Shown here piece after piece: positions 37,991 through 48,881 of a DNA stretch of 64,000 nucleotides. Below the pieces are notes generated by a model. The model had not been told where the DNA came from. It ran no database searches and saw only the letters and a program-made list of their open reading frames with translations. Position numbers and translations under genes: made by a program. Source of the stretch: Zootoca vivipara (lineage: Eukaryota); contig NC_083283.1 in NCBI RefSeq assembly GCF_963506605.1, positions 9,920,001-9,984,000 on the forward strand, read 5' to 3'. How positions within the stretch are numbered: the stretch's first letter is position 1; each line of letters starts with the position of its first letter.

Positions 37991-39996
37991 TCTGACTTCA
38001 CTGCTAAGAAGAGCAATAGCTTTTAACAGTTTCACTTTCTGTTTAATGTGGTAGCAACAGTGGACAGGTGAAAATGCCACGGGTTGGTGAAGCAGGGTCC
38101 ACCCTAAGGCAATCGGACAACAGACAGTCTGCGCTGCAATTGTGCTTATTTTTATATTGCATTTAATCTGAAGTGGGGGAGATGACAATGTGGAAACCTT
38201 GAAAACGTAGCAGTTAGGGAGAATTTTGGCTGAATAAAACTCTGAGCAAATTGTGTCAATAGCAGAGAAGCAGGTTGATGTGGAAGCACCCAAAGAGAAT
38301 GACACTGTTCCTTTCCTCAGGACACTGTTTGCTTTTTGTTCATCTGCACGTTTTCTAATTGCCATATGCTTATGTTGAGAGCTGGCGTTTCTGGGGTCTC
38401 AGTAGGGCTTGAGGAGAAATTTGATTCAGTCCGAGGGTGAATCCACCTAAATCACACTTCTTGAAGGAATGCACCAACTGAAACATCTTTCAAAATGTGC
38501 ACATCTCTGGATTCTGCAATGCATTTTCCAACCACGTAACAGAAAATGCACAGGCTAGGCAAAATAGCATAGAAATGTACATATTGGAGTAGAATGCAAA
38601 AAACCACATTATAGTAGGGGAAATATGCTTGCAAAAATATGTAAATCAATAATTTTAGGAGAAACTGACATTAAAATGCCAGTGGATTTTTTTAAAAAAT
38701 AATTTGCAAATTGTGAAAAACCCAAATAAAGATTGAAAAACTGAAAAACTGAAATTGTCATTATTCACCCATCTCTGGGCAGCAATGATTTTTTTTCTTG
38801 ACAGGTGGAGGTGGGCATGAGGGAGTGGTATATGGATCAGGGCACCAGACAACAAATGCATGCACGTAGACTATCACTTTATTTCTCAGATAATCTCTCC
38901 CCTCACACCACTCTCACTGACACCTGTTTTGATAGTAACTCATCCAAACCATACCTTTCTCCTGGACCTGGTGAGCTCCTCATCTGCCACCTCCCATTGT
39001 CTCTGAAATTTGTTATTTCCAAGAACAATGCAACAAACAAGACCCTTCTATTTATAGCTGAAGGTACCTTAACATCTAAATTCTTCAGTGGGCTAATCTC
39101 TAATCTGCAACGGACTCTTCAGAAAGAATGCTTGTGATGCTAGACTTAGCAGGAAACATGACCTCATTCTGCTTCTGTGCTTCCTATTGCACAGTCTGTT
39201 TTCAAATAGAAACAAGCAAGCTCTTCAGTGCTGCTCCTGCACTTTCGAAAGACCCCAGTGCTCTTTCAGCTGCAGGAAGCAAGCGCTAGCAGGCACTCAA
39301 CAGTTACTGTACAGTCCACAGTCTCGCCTGTTGGGTGGATAAGCTGCTGGTGGAGTCTTACCAACTGGCAACATGGCTCTTCCAGGTCTGCAAGATTCTT
39401 ACTTTTGGTCAGATGCTTTCTTAATAGCAATATTGTAAGAAAGGGTTGCTTCAGAAGCCATTAAGATGGGAACTTTTCATCTGTAGAGAGAAAAGATTAA
39501 GCGGGATACACAAGTCGCATCAATTGCAATGCTGTACGAAAATATGTGCAAAGATGTGGCAGATGTGATCAGTATTTGAATAATGTGCATGTTTCTTGGG
39601 AAATAAGTCCAATTGTTTTCAGTGAGATTTACCGCCAGGAAAGTGCACCCCAAAGCAGTTTTATATGGTTAGCGGTGTTTTCTTCTTTGGTTTTTGTGTG
39701 TTTTTTTTAAAGAAAAAAACCCTCAGCTTTCCAAGATCAGACTTTTTATCTGTCACGGTAAACTAAAGATTTTGACATGCCAAGTTAGTTTTTCTCCCCA
39801 CCCCCAATCATATGACCTAGTTCCCATTGTAAATGCTTGCGGTGCAGAGTGTGCCATGTAAAGAAAGTAGCCTGGCTGCCAGTTGAGGGGTATTGTTGGT
39901 TTAGAAATCAGTTTGCTAAATCAGTAAGAAAGGTGATCAGAATAGGCGAAAGGGAAGCAGCTCCTGCACACTTAACAACTGTGCAGAAGAGTGAAC

Positions 39997-40121
39997 TGCT
40001 GAAGGCGGCCCTGTTTAGGGAAGCTTTTAATGTTTAAGAGATTATTGTATTTTAATGTCTGTTGGAAGCCGCCCAGAGTGGCTGGGGAAACCCAGCCAGA
40101 TGGGCAGGGTATAAATAATAA

Positions 40122-40169
<48 letters not shown>

Positions 40170-40170
40170 G
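39997..40170 (+). mobile_element. L2 3' tail with expanded (TTA)n
   Basis: CTGAAGGCGGCCCTGTTTAGGGAAG...CCCAGAGTGGCTGGGGAAACCCAGCC. Confidence 0.85.
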
Positions 40171-40666
40171 CTGATATTCCCATTTCTGCACTGCTTTTCA
40201 AGATGCAGGACAGGTCTCTTTTGCTTCTGCCCACCTTTTCAGAAATCGTGCCCTCCAATTTGGCTGTTTGCAGCTCAATACTATAGGTGTCTCCTCAGAA
40301 GTAAGGCCCACTGCAGTTTATGAGACTTACTTCCTGCTCTGTGTGCCTAGGGGTAAACAACCTTAATAGTTTGTGGCTTCAAGCTTATATATCTATCTGA
40401 TTTTATTATTTTTTAGAATAATCACAACCCACTTCAACCAGTACCATTTACCATTTAAATCTGTATACAAAATGCTGGCATGGATCTTAATATGAAAATT
40501 GGAAACGGGGGGCAGGGCGGGAAGGATTCCCCTCATTCTCTGCATGTTTGGTGTAAATGTGAAAAGCAAAGGGTTACTGGGCTTTGTCTAGCAATTTCTG
40601 GAGGGCTGCAGGTTCCCCGTGTCTGATGTATAATTAAAAACAAGAGGGAATCTTAGGGCACCTTAA

Positions 40667-41020
40667 GGTAAAGGTAAAGGGACCCCTGACCATTAGGTCC
40701 AGTCGTGACCGACTCTGGGGTTGCGCGATCATCTCGCATTATTGGCCGAGGGAGCCGGCGTATAGCTTCCAGGTCATGTGGCCAGCATGACAAAGCCACT
40801 TCTGGCAAACCAGAGCAGCACATGGAAACGCCGTTTACCTTCCCGCTGTAGCGGTTCCTATTTATCTACTTGCATTTTGACGTGCTTTCGAACTGCTAGG
40901 TTGGCAGGAGCTGGGACCAAGCAACGGGAGCTCACCCCCGTCACAGGGATTCGAACCGCTGACCTTCTGATCAGCAAGCCCTAGGCTCAGTGGTTTAACC
41001 ACAGCGCCACCTGGGTCCCT
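40667..41020 (-). mobile_element. Sauria SINE, full length
   Basis: 14-bp TSD TTAGGGCACCTTAA (40653-40666, 41021-41034). Confidence 0.93.
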
Positions 41021-42319
41021 TTAGGGCACCTTAAAGACTGGCAGATTTGTGATGGCATTAGTGTTTGCGAACTACCATCCCCTTCATTCATCCTGTATCT
41101 GTTGGATTGTGGTTTATAAAAGGTTATGCCATAATGCAGGGCTATCTGCCTCAGTGGCTCTCCTTTCGGCACCAGGTCCTTGAAAGGTGTGAGCATGTGA
41201 AATGCCACTTTGAGTGGAATTTCAGGCAGACCAGCTTTAGTTATCTTCCTCCACCACTTCTGGCTTTTCAAGGAAACAGTGCTGAAAAAGGTGTTGCACC
41301 AGGGGACTAAACACCAGCCTCCGCTATCTTCTCTATAACCTGGTAAGCTTAGTGGGGAGCTTGATAGAGGTAGGGTGGCCACCTGTCCTGTATAATGCAG
41401 GACCATCCTGTATTTCAATGTAAAATGCTATGTCCTGTATTGATGCAGTTTCGTCCTGAATTTCGGATCTTCTCTCCCTCCCTCCACCAAGTTAGGGGTC
41501 CTCTCCAAATGCATGTGCTTGAAAGCGTGTTTGAAAGGTCATGCATTTAAACTCCGGGTAGCCAAGCACAGAGAGATTTACAAATTCATGTTTATGTGTG
41601 TGCGCGCACATGTGGTGTGAGGGGCAAATTCCAGAGGAGCCATCCTGTTAGGCTGCAATAGATTGTAATGGATTGCTTTGAAGTCACTTCAACACCAGAT
41701 TTTTTTTTGGGGGGGGGGGTCCTGTCAACCTTCCAACTCTACCATTCTATGATTCTATTACCCTTTCGTAAACACTCCGCCTGCACAGGGGAGGGCTTCC
41801 CCTTGTATCAAACTGTATCAAAAATTAAATCAGAATACATGTCAGTGTGTTATTAATTCTAGAGAGCCCTCATAAGCAGATATATATGTGCCAGTGTTAG
41901 AAACTCAAGATATGTCAGCTAGGTGCCAAATGACTCTTTAAACCAGGGTTACAGTCACCAAAATGGAATGACTAGTTGCCATTTTGGAGCCAGACACCTC
42001 AAAGGTCGTATTTTTTCAAGGTGACTTTTTGGTTCTTGGAATTCATTCTGATTGTGCAGTGGGTAGAATTCTACAGGATGTGTTGCTAGTGTGTGAAAAC
42101 AGTCAAGATCCAAGAATCCCCAGCCATGAGCTGCCAGATTTCGGAGACGTCAGGTCACTTGGTCGCAGGTGCAAAATGCACCTGGTGGCTGGCGAATTTC
42201 TAACACTGCTTTGATCAAAATTCTCTCTTACAGACGGGCTTAATGCCCCACTTTGGCAAAGCAAAAGGAGAAAGAACATGAGGGCTTTCTCCAAAGTATT
42301 TATAAGGCAGCAGCTAGAC

Positions 42320-43141
42320 CTAGCCCCAGACCCCCATTCGCTGGTTTCCTCCTCCTCCAGCTTCAAAGAACATGAAATCGATAAGGAAGCAAGCGGCAAG
42401 CATGACAGCTTTGATTTTAACATCAAGGTCCAACGGGAACTGGATCCCAAAGTTGTCAGTATCAGTGAAGAGCTCTTTCACAAGGCCAGTCCAGTGCTTA
42501 GAAATCCTTCCAACAGCCGTCTGCTCATCCAGTGACAGCACATCAAAATGAACATCTTCACAACAGCTGCATGTTATACAGGGCCCGATGATTTTAATGA
42601 CATCCTCTTGGAGTTCATTTTGGATAGTGAACTTAGGCAGACAGGGATCCCATGTCTGCTTAATATACCCAATAGGCATGCCTGGAGGGGCCTGGACTTC
42701 AAGCTCTTGCAAGCAGCACGGGAAAAAGCAGCTGGAGCACCGCAGAGGTCTCTGGAGCTCAATCACTTCCTGGCCCATGTTGTCCATGATTTTTATTGTA
42801 AATGGCCGATCCATTCCACAGCAGAGTCGCGCGCAGCAGTCGGTCTCCTCGGCTGCAAAGTATATCCTTTGCCCCCAAGCATTTTTTACTTCATACCTGT
42901 TGCTGGTTTCAAAGCCAACTATGATTTCCACAAGCTCAACCTTTTGCTGAATTACGATCTGATCAATCTGGCTTAAATATTCCAATCCCGGTGGACAGTT
43001 GGGAGGCGGAATTGGAGCTGGCATCCACACGACGCCCTGAAGGTCCTGACCGTGAACGGGCTGAGCTCCTGGGGCATGTGGGACATATCCGTATGCTACC
43101 TGTGGTGTAGGACCATGCTGGGGGGGTTGTTTTGGTGGCAT
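42320..43141 (-). CDS. Phospholipid scramblase 1/2-like protein, intronless copy A (273 aa)
   Basis: Single uninterrupted ORF: Pro-rich N-terminus, [33 protein letters not shown]-like GRISKHWTG, Ca-site-like [13 protein letters not shown]-terminal helix [17 protein letters not shown]. Confidence 0.95.
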   Translation of the reverse strand: MPPKQPPQHGPTPQVAYGYVPHAPGAQPVHGQDLQGVVWMPAPIPPPNCPPGLEYLSQIDQIVIQQKVELVEIIVGFETSNRYEVKNAWGQRIYFAAEETDCCARLCCGMDRPFTIKIMDNMGQEVIELQRPLRCSSCFFPCCLQELEVQAPPGMPIGYIKQTWDPCLPKFTIQNELQEDVIKIIGPCITCSCCEDVHFDVLSLDEQTAVGRISKHWTGLVKELFTDTDNFGIQFPLDLDVKIKAVMLAACFLIDFMFFEAGGGGNQRMGVWG

Positions 43142-43341
43142 TTCCGTGGGTTCGCGTGCACCTGTTGTTTCTTGAGGAGCTAGGCCATGCTCTGAGTGTG
43201 CCTCTTTGCAGTTAGTGGGCTGCCCAAGGAGGAGGAGATTGTTTCATAAAGGATTATCTTCCAGGTGGTCTGAGCCACCACCTGGAGGCTGAAATAATGC
43301 AGCTCATAAGGAATTTTAACCACATACTACACATCAGTGGG

Positions 43342-43357
43342 CCTATTGTTGAGTCAC
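43342..43357 (-). promoter_or_regulatory. Conserved AP-1/SOX composite element upstream of scramblase copy A
   Basis: CCTATTGTTGAGTCAC, identical in all three copies while flanks diverge. Confidence 0.6.
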
Positions 43358-43599
43358 GATAGGACAATGGCAACTGCAACTATCAGTTCCGAAGCTGTAC
43401 CCATGCGGCAGCGGTGAGGAATCTTTCCTTCTTTTTAAAGGGTCATTGAGCTCCACAAGAAGAAAACAACAACAACAACAACACTTGTGGGCTGGGGCAG
43501 CCCCAACCAGGCCGGCCCAGTAATAAGATTCAAGAATCCCGGTTGTTGCGAGCTCAAAGTCATCTCCTGTTGTGATGTGGCATATGTATGTCTGTGTCC

Positions 43600-43720
43600 C
43601 TCAGATGAATCCAACCTGTGCTTAAACTGTCTGAACTATCAAGACAGTTCTTCCTGATGTTCAGTCAGAATAAACTCCTTTCTTGTAACTTGAATCCATT
43701 GGTTCAGATTCTACCCTCCT
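43600..43720 (-). mobile_element. CR1 LINE fragment
   Basis: TTCTTCCTGATGTTCAG...CTTGTAACTTGAATCCATTGGTTC is typical of the CR1 ORF2 3' region on the reverse strand. Confidence 0.6.
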
Positions 43721-44179
43721 GAACTTCCCCAATGGCCACTGAAATAGTAGAGGCACTCACACTCTCACCAAGCCCAACACTTCCTGGACACATATTGAAC
43801 ATAAAGTGGCACTCCACACACAGCTGGCTAGTCAATAATAAGCATACAGAAATACTAATAGATCTGACAATTGATGCCAAGTGACATCAGACTAGGAGGT
43901 ACCTTCTGCATAAATATGCCAGGTGTGACTCATACACAGAAAAATACATACATTTAATTGTATTTTTTTAAAAAAGTGTTTCCATTTCAATGCATTATGA
44001 ATTCTAGAGCAGCACCCATAAATTGGAATGTCCACCACTATAGGTGCAGCCGCAATTCAAAAATAAGTAGTTTTAACAAGAAGCCCTCTTATTAACCAGC
44101 TTAACGCTCCATCTTAGCAAAGGAAAAGTTGAAGTAGCAACATGAGGGCATTTCTTCGAAGCAGCTTCCAGATCTATTC

Positions 44180-45127
44180 TCAGACCATAATTTTCTGCTG
44201 CCCTCTTCCTGCACATTCAAAAAACATGAAATCCACCAAGAAGCAGGCCCCCAGCAGGACAGCTTTCATTCTAACATCAAGGTCCAATGAGAACTGGACT
44301 CCAAAGTTGTCAGTATCAGGGAAGGCCTCTTCCAGAAAGCCAGTCCAGTGCTTAGAAATCCTTCCAACCGTGGTCTCCTCGTCCAACGACATCACTTCAA
44401 AGTTCATATCTTGACACAAGCTGCACAGTACACAGGGCCCGACGATTTTAAGGACATCCTGTTGCGCTGCATTTTGGATTGCAAATGTAGGCAGAAAGGG
44501 GTGCCACGTCTGCCTAATATACCCCACAGGGGTGCCTGGAGGGACCTGGACTTCAAGCTCTTGCAAGCAGCAAGGATACCAACAGTGGGAGCACCGGAGA
44601 GGTTGCTGGAGCTCAATTACTTCCAGGCCCGCATGGTCCATGATTTTTACTGTAAATGGGCATGCCACTCCACAGCAGTTTCGCACACAGCAGCCCGTTT
44701 CCTCAGCTGCCAAGTATATCCTTTGCCCCCAGCCATTTTTTATTTCGTATTTGTTGCAATTCTCAAAGCCCATTATTATTTCCAGAAGATCAATCTGCTG
44801 GTGAATGACTATTTGATCCAAGTGACTTAAATATTCCAATCCGGGAGGACAGTTGGGAGCTGGAAGGGTTGCCCGCATCCAGGTTACAGCCTGGGGGACA
44901 TAAATGCCAGCCATTTTTAGCCTACAACAAGATGGGGAAGATCCATAAACTCCGGGATAACCTTGCTTCATGTTCATCAACTCTCCTGGACAAAGCAGCT
45001 CAGCGCTGTTCTGTTCACCGTGTCCATGCGGTCTCACTGGTATGGGGCCAGCTTTCCTATTTGCTGAGGGAGAATGTTTTCGTAGCATTTTTGTGAGTCT
45101 GTGTTTATCTGGTTCTTTGGGAGCCAT
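44180..45127 (-). CDS. Phospholipid scramblase 1/2-like protein, intronless copy B (315 aa, most divergent)
   Basis: Single ORF with a complete scramblase domain ([10 protein letters not shown]...GRISKHWTG...DTDNFGVQFSLD...DFMFFE). Confidence 0.9.
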   Translation of the reverse strand: MAPKEPDKHRLTKMLRKHSPSANRKAGPIPVRPHGHGEQNSAELLCPGELMNMKQGYPGVYGSSPSCCRLKMAGIYVPQAVTWMRATLPAPNCPPGLEYLSHLDQIVIHQQIDLLEIIMGFENCNKYEIKNGWGQRIYLAAEETGCCVRNCCGVACPFTVKIMDHAGLEVIELQQPLRCSHCWYPCCLQELEVQVPPGTPVGYIRQTWHPFLPTFAIQNAAQQDVLKIVGPCVLCSLCQDMNFEVMSLDEETTVGRISKHWTGFLEEAFPDTDNFGVQFSLDLDVRMKAVLLGACFLVDFMFFECAGRGQQKIMV

Positions 45128-45294
45128 GCCATGCTCTCAGTCTGCCTCTTCGCTGTTACTGGGCTCAGGTTGCTGCCCAAGGAGGTGGGATTTATTTATT
45201 TAGCAACAGAGGAGCATTCAAAGGATGCGAGTCTCCAACCAGGAGGCTGATTCTGCGCATATGCAAGTTGAACTAAGTTCTAAACATCCCTGGA

Positions 45295-45310
45295 CCTATT
45301 GTTGAGTCAC
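45295..45310 (-). promoter_or_regulatory. Conserved AP-1/SOX composite element upstream of scramblase copy B
   Basis: CCTATTGTTGAGTCAC. Confidence 0.6.
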
Positions 45311-45959
45311 AGAGGTTGTGTGGACATTGAACTCCCCCAGAAGTCTTAGGGTTCTCCAGAACCACACCAGAAATCACTGGGAAGCAGAGCGTACAGCACA
45401 CCACCACCCCCTTCCTAAATCTTTGCCTTGGGGTCTACTTCAGATGGAGGAGTCTCTGTGACGTTCCAGTGTTTGCATATAATAATGTATGTACCGTACA
45501 TTGAAAGCAAATAAGATGATACTGTAATAGAGGTAAGTATAAGAATATGATTAAGGTGATGTTAGATAGGGAAGGGGAGAGAGTGAGCTGGAATGGTGAA
45601 GGATGATTGGCTAAGAATCTGAATGCAAGGGAGGAGGCAGTTGAGAGTCTGTTGGAAGTTTAGCCAGTTGGGATATGAAGCAGGGTTGGCTAGAATAGAT
45701 GAGTATAGGAGCAGCAGTAATACAGCAACTGCTACACTGGAAATAAAGCAACAGATAACAGGGGTGTTAGATACCATAATGCTTATGTACACAAAGTCAC
45801 CATCATCATCTTATGTATGTATTTATACCCCACCTGACAGGGGTGCTTTTAGAAAAGAGTAAACCACTAAAAACATAGAACATTAAAAATTGTTTTAAAT
45901 GATAGCATTAAAACTATCCGTCCATCTATCTAGCTATCTCAAAACGTACAGTCCTTTCA

Positions 45960-46710
45960 TTAACAGCAGTCAGTTCCTAAAAGCCAGAGTTGGCACAAGA
46001 ATTGTCTTCACCTGTCGGCAGAAGGACAACAAGGAGGGAGGCAATTTAGCTCCTCTAGGGAGGGGTTCCAAATTTGTCTGGGAGGAGCCACCACCAAGAA
46101 GGCCCTCTCCCGCATCCCTGCCAAGCATGCCTGTGAGTGTGGTGGTACTGAGAGAAGGGCACCCTCCCCACAAAAATAATTCAAAACATGGGGAGGTTCA
46201 TATGTGGGAATACGGTCTTTCAGATAGCTTGGACATAAGACGTGTAGGGTTGCCTATGTCATAACCAGCATCTCAATTGTGCCCAGAAACAGACTGGTAG
46301 CTAGTGAAGCAGTTATAGCAAGAGTCATCTACTCCCTTTATCTAGCCCTGGTCAACAATCTGGGCTGCAGCTCTTTGAGCCAACTGAAGTTTCTGACCAC
46401 TTTTCAAAGACAGTTCCATGTAGAGCTCATTTGTTGTTGTTTAGTCGTTTAGTCATGTCCAACTCTTCGTGACCCCATAGACCAGAGCACGCCAGGCACT
46501 CCTGTCTTCCACTGCATCCCGCAGTTTGGTCAGACTCATGTTGGTAGCTTCGAGAACACTGTCCAGCCATCGCATCCTCTGTCGTCCCCTTCTCCTTGTG
46601 CCCTCAATCTTTCCCAACATCAGGGTCTTTTCAAGGGAGTCTTCTCTTCTCAGTAGAGCTCATTACAATAATCCAAATGGGGTGTAACTTAGCCATGTGT
46701 CACCATGGCC
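45960..46710 (-). mobile_element. Old L2 fragment interrupted by BovB
   Basis: Degenerate similarity to the L2 at 27.9-28.4 kb (AGAAGGCCCTCT, GTAGAGC.CATT...TCCAA). Confidence 0.55.
46432..46652 (-). mobile_element. BovB LINE 3' fragment
   Basis: (TTG)n/TTTAGTCG tail and BovB body; 12-bp TSD GTAGAGCTCATT (46420-46431, 46653-46664). Confidence 0.9.
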
Positions 46711-47777
46711 CATAATTTAGTGTAAGTTTAGTAAAACAGTTGTGCTCCTTCTTGGCTACGAGAGGGGTGAAGCATTCAGTTCAGAGTGATCTATGGTGGC
46801 AGCAGGAATAAAAAGAGGCATTTAGTACAACACCCAGTAAAGTCCCAGATCAAAGCTGTACATCTTTAATAAAGTGGAAAAGTGGTCCAGGGGTGTGTGG
46901 GCAGAGCCAGAGCATTTCAGAGTAATGGGGTAGGGGACAACAACATATGGCAGTCTAATGCCAAGGCAAGAAGATTTATGGAGCATTGCACCACCACCAC
47001 ATTATTGGCTTTCCCTTCTGTGTTGATACTGCACGGAGTACCTGGTTGGACAAAGCTGGACCACAGCCTCTGCTCCCAGCTCACCCACCTGGGTTTCAGT
47101 GATAAATGTCAGATCAGCTTCCCCTTGCATTATCAAATCATGGATGAGCGAGTTCTTATTATGCACTTAGGCTTGGAAAGTGGCTTGGTAGTAGAGCAAC
47201 CAGAAACTTGAGACTCCAGGGGAAAGCAAAATGGGGAACCATGCAGAAACCCCTGGCATCCTGTATTTCAAAGAAATCCTCTTTCCCCCTCTACCGTACC
47301 TTCCCCAATGGTTACTGAAATAGAACAGGCACCCACATTCTCACCAAGCCTGACACTGCCCAGACACTCAAAGGCACTCCACACACAACCAGGTGCTCCG
47401 TAAAACCCACACAGCAATACTAACAGGTCTTCCACTAATCCATAACATGGGGCATTGGGCTCAGAGGCATAACAATACCAGGCATGACTCCTCTCTCTCT
47501 CCTCCCCCCCATATTCACACACACGTCTTGCATTAAAAAAAATGACAATGCAATAAAAGCAGTCTGCATTTCAATGTGACATTCATTCTAGAGTAGGACC
47601 CACAAGTAGGAATATTCTGACTCTATAGATGCAAGAGCTGCAGCAACAATACAAGATACCTAGTTCCAACAAAAAAAAAACCCTCTTGTGAGCAGGCTTA
47701 AGACTCCATCTTAGCAAAGCAAAAACAGAAGAAACCAGTGGACTTTTTCGAAGGCATTTATAAGGCAGTAGTCTAAC

Positions 47778-48557
47778 CTAAGCCCAGACCCCCATTTGCT
47801 GCTGGCCTCCTCCCGCGGATTCAAAAAACATGAAATCCAGGAGGAAGCAGGCCCCCAACAGGACAGCTTTCATTCTAACATCAAGGTCCAATGGGAACTG
47901 GACTCCAAAGTTGTCAGCATCGGTGAAGGCCTCTTTCAGGAAGCCAGTCCAGTGCTTAGAAATCCTTCCAACCGCTGTCTGCTCATCCAGTGACAGCACC
48001 TCAAAATTAATATCTTGGCACAAGCTGCACACTATACAGGGCCCAGTGATTTTAAGGACATCCTGATGGAGTTCATTTTGGATAATGAATTTAGGCAGAA
48101 AGGGGTGCCACGTCTGCTTAATATACCCAATGGGTGTGCCTGGAGGGGCATGGACTTCAAGCTCTTGCAAACAGCAAGGATAAAAGCAGCTGGAGCACCG
48201 CAGAGGTCTCTGGAGCTCAATCACTTCCTGGCCCACGTTGTCCATAATTTTAATTGTAAATGGCCGCAATGTTCCACAGCAGTTTCGTGTGCAGCAGTCG
48301 GTATCCTCAATCACTGAGTAAACCATTTGCCCCCAAGCATTTTTTACTTTATACTTGTTGCTGGTTTCAAAGCCAATTAAGATTTCCAGAAGCTCAATCT
48401 GTTGCTGAATTATCATTTGATCAATCTGGCTTAAATATTCCAATCCTGGGGGACAGTTGGGAAGTGGAGGTGGAGCTGGCATCCAAGTTATAGGACGTTC
48501 ATTTCTTTGACCTGGGGGAGCTCCAGAAGCCCCTTGAGGACGCTGGGGTGTCTTCAT
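47778..48557 (-). CDS. Phospholipid scramblase 1/2-like protein, intronless copy C (259 aa)
   Basis: Single ORF; close to recalled PLSCR1 ([26 protein letters not shown]-terminus). Confidence 0.95.
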   Translation of the reverse strand: MKTPQRPQGASGAPPGQRNERPITWMPAPPPLPNCPPGLEYLSQIDQMIIQQQIELLEILIGFETSNKYKVKNAWGQMVYSVIEDTDCCTRNCCGTLRPFTIKIMDNVGQEVIELQRPLRCSSCFYPCCLQELEVHAPPGTPIGYIKQTWHPFLPKFIIQNELHQDVLKITGPCIVCSLCQDINFEVLSLDEQTAVGRISKHWTGFLKEAFTDADNFGVQFPLDLDVRMKAVLLGACFLLDFMFFESAGGGQQQMGVWA

Positions 48558-48865
48558 TAGCAGTCCTGGATGTGGCCCAGGGGCTTGTTGACTGTCCCAT
48601 CCTGCATTGCCTCTGGTGTAGGGCCAGCTTTTCTATGAACTTGCAGGGGAATTGTCTTGGTGGCATTTCTGTGAGTCTGTAAACATCTGTTTTATTGGGA
48701 GCTATGTTGTTCTCTCAATGCACTGTTTCGCAGTTACTGGGCTCAGGTTGCTGCTAAGCAAAGGGGGAATGGTTTTTTGAAGGAGGACCATTCAGAAGAT
48801 GAGAGCATCCACCTGCAGACTGAAATGGTATAGCCCATACACAAGTTGAACTAAACATCCATGGG

Positions 48866-48881
48866 CCTATTGTTGAGTCAC
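48866..48881 (-). promoter_or_regulatory. Conserved AP-1/SOX composite element upstream of scramblase copy C
   Basis: CCTATTGTTGAGTCAC, followed by a second ACAAT. Confidence 0.6.

Noticed and set aside
40636-41095. Degenerate Penelope-like terminal repeat split by the Sauria SINE
   Set aside because: Hammerhead core is mutated and too decayed to call.
45191-45201. TATA-like AAATAAATAAA upstream of scramblase copy B
   Set aside because: Equivalent positions in copies A and C are not TATA-like, so it is not supported as a shared core promoter.
45525-45540. Strong plus-strand donor GAG|gtaagt as a possible TMEM71 5' exon
   Set aside because: No suitable in-frame ATG or acceptor, and the context looks like a LINE 3'UTR remnant.
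42103-48493. Plus-strand and alternative-frame ORFs overlapping the scramblase genes (e.g. 42548-42976, 44348-44830, 48015-48317), similar to one another
   Set aside because: Antisense or frame shadows of the paralogous CDSs; their starts and stops are not conserved between copies.
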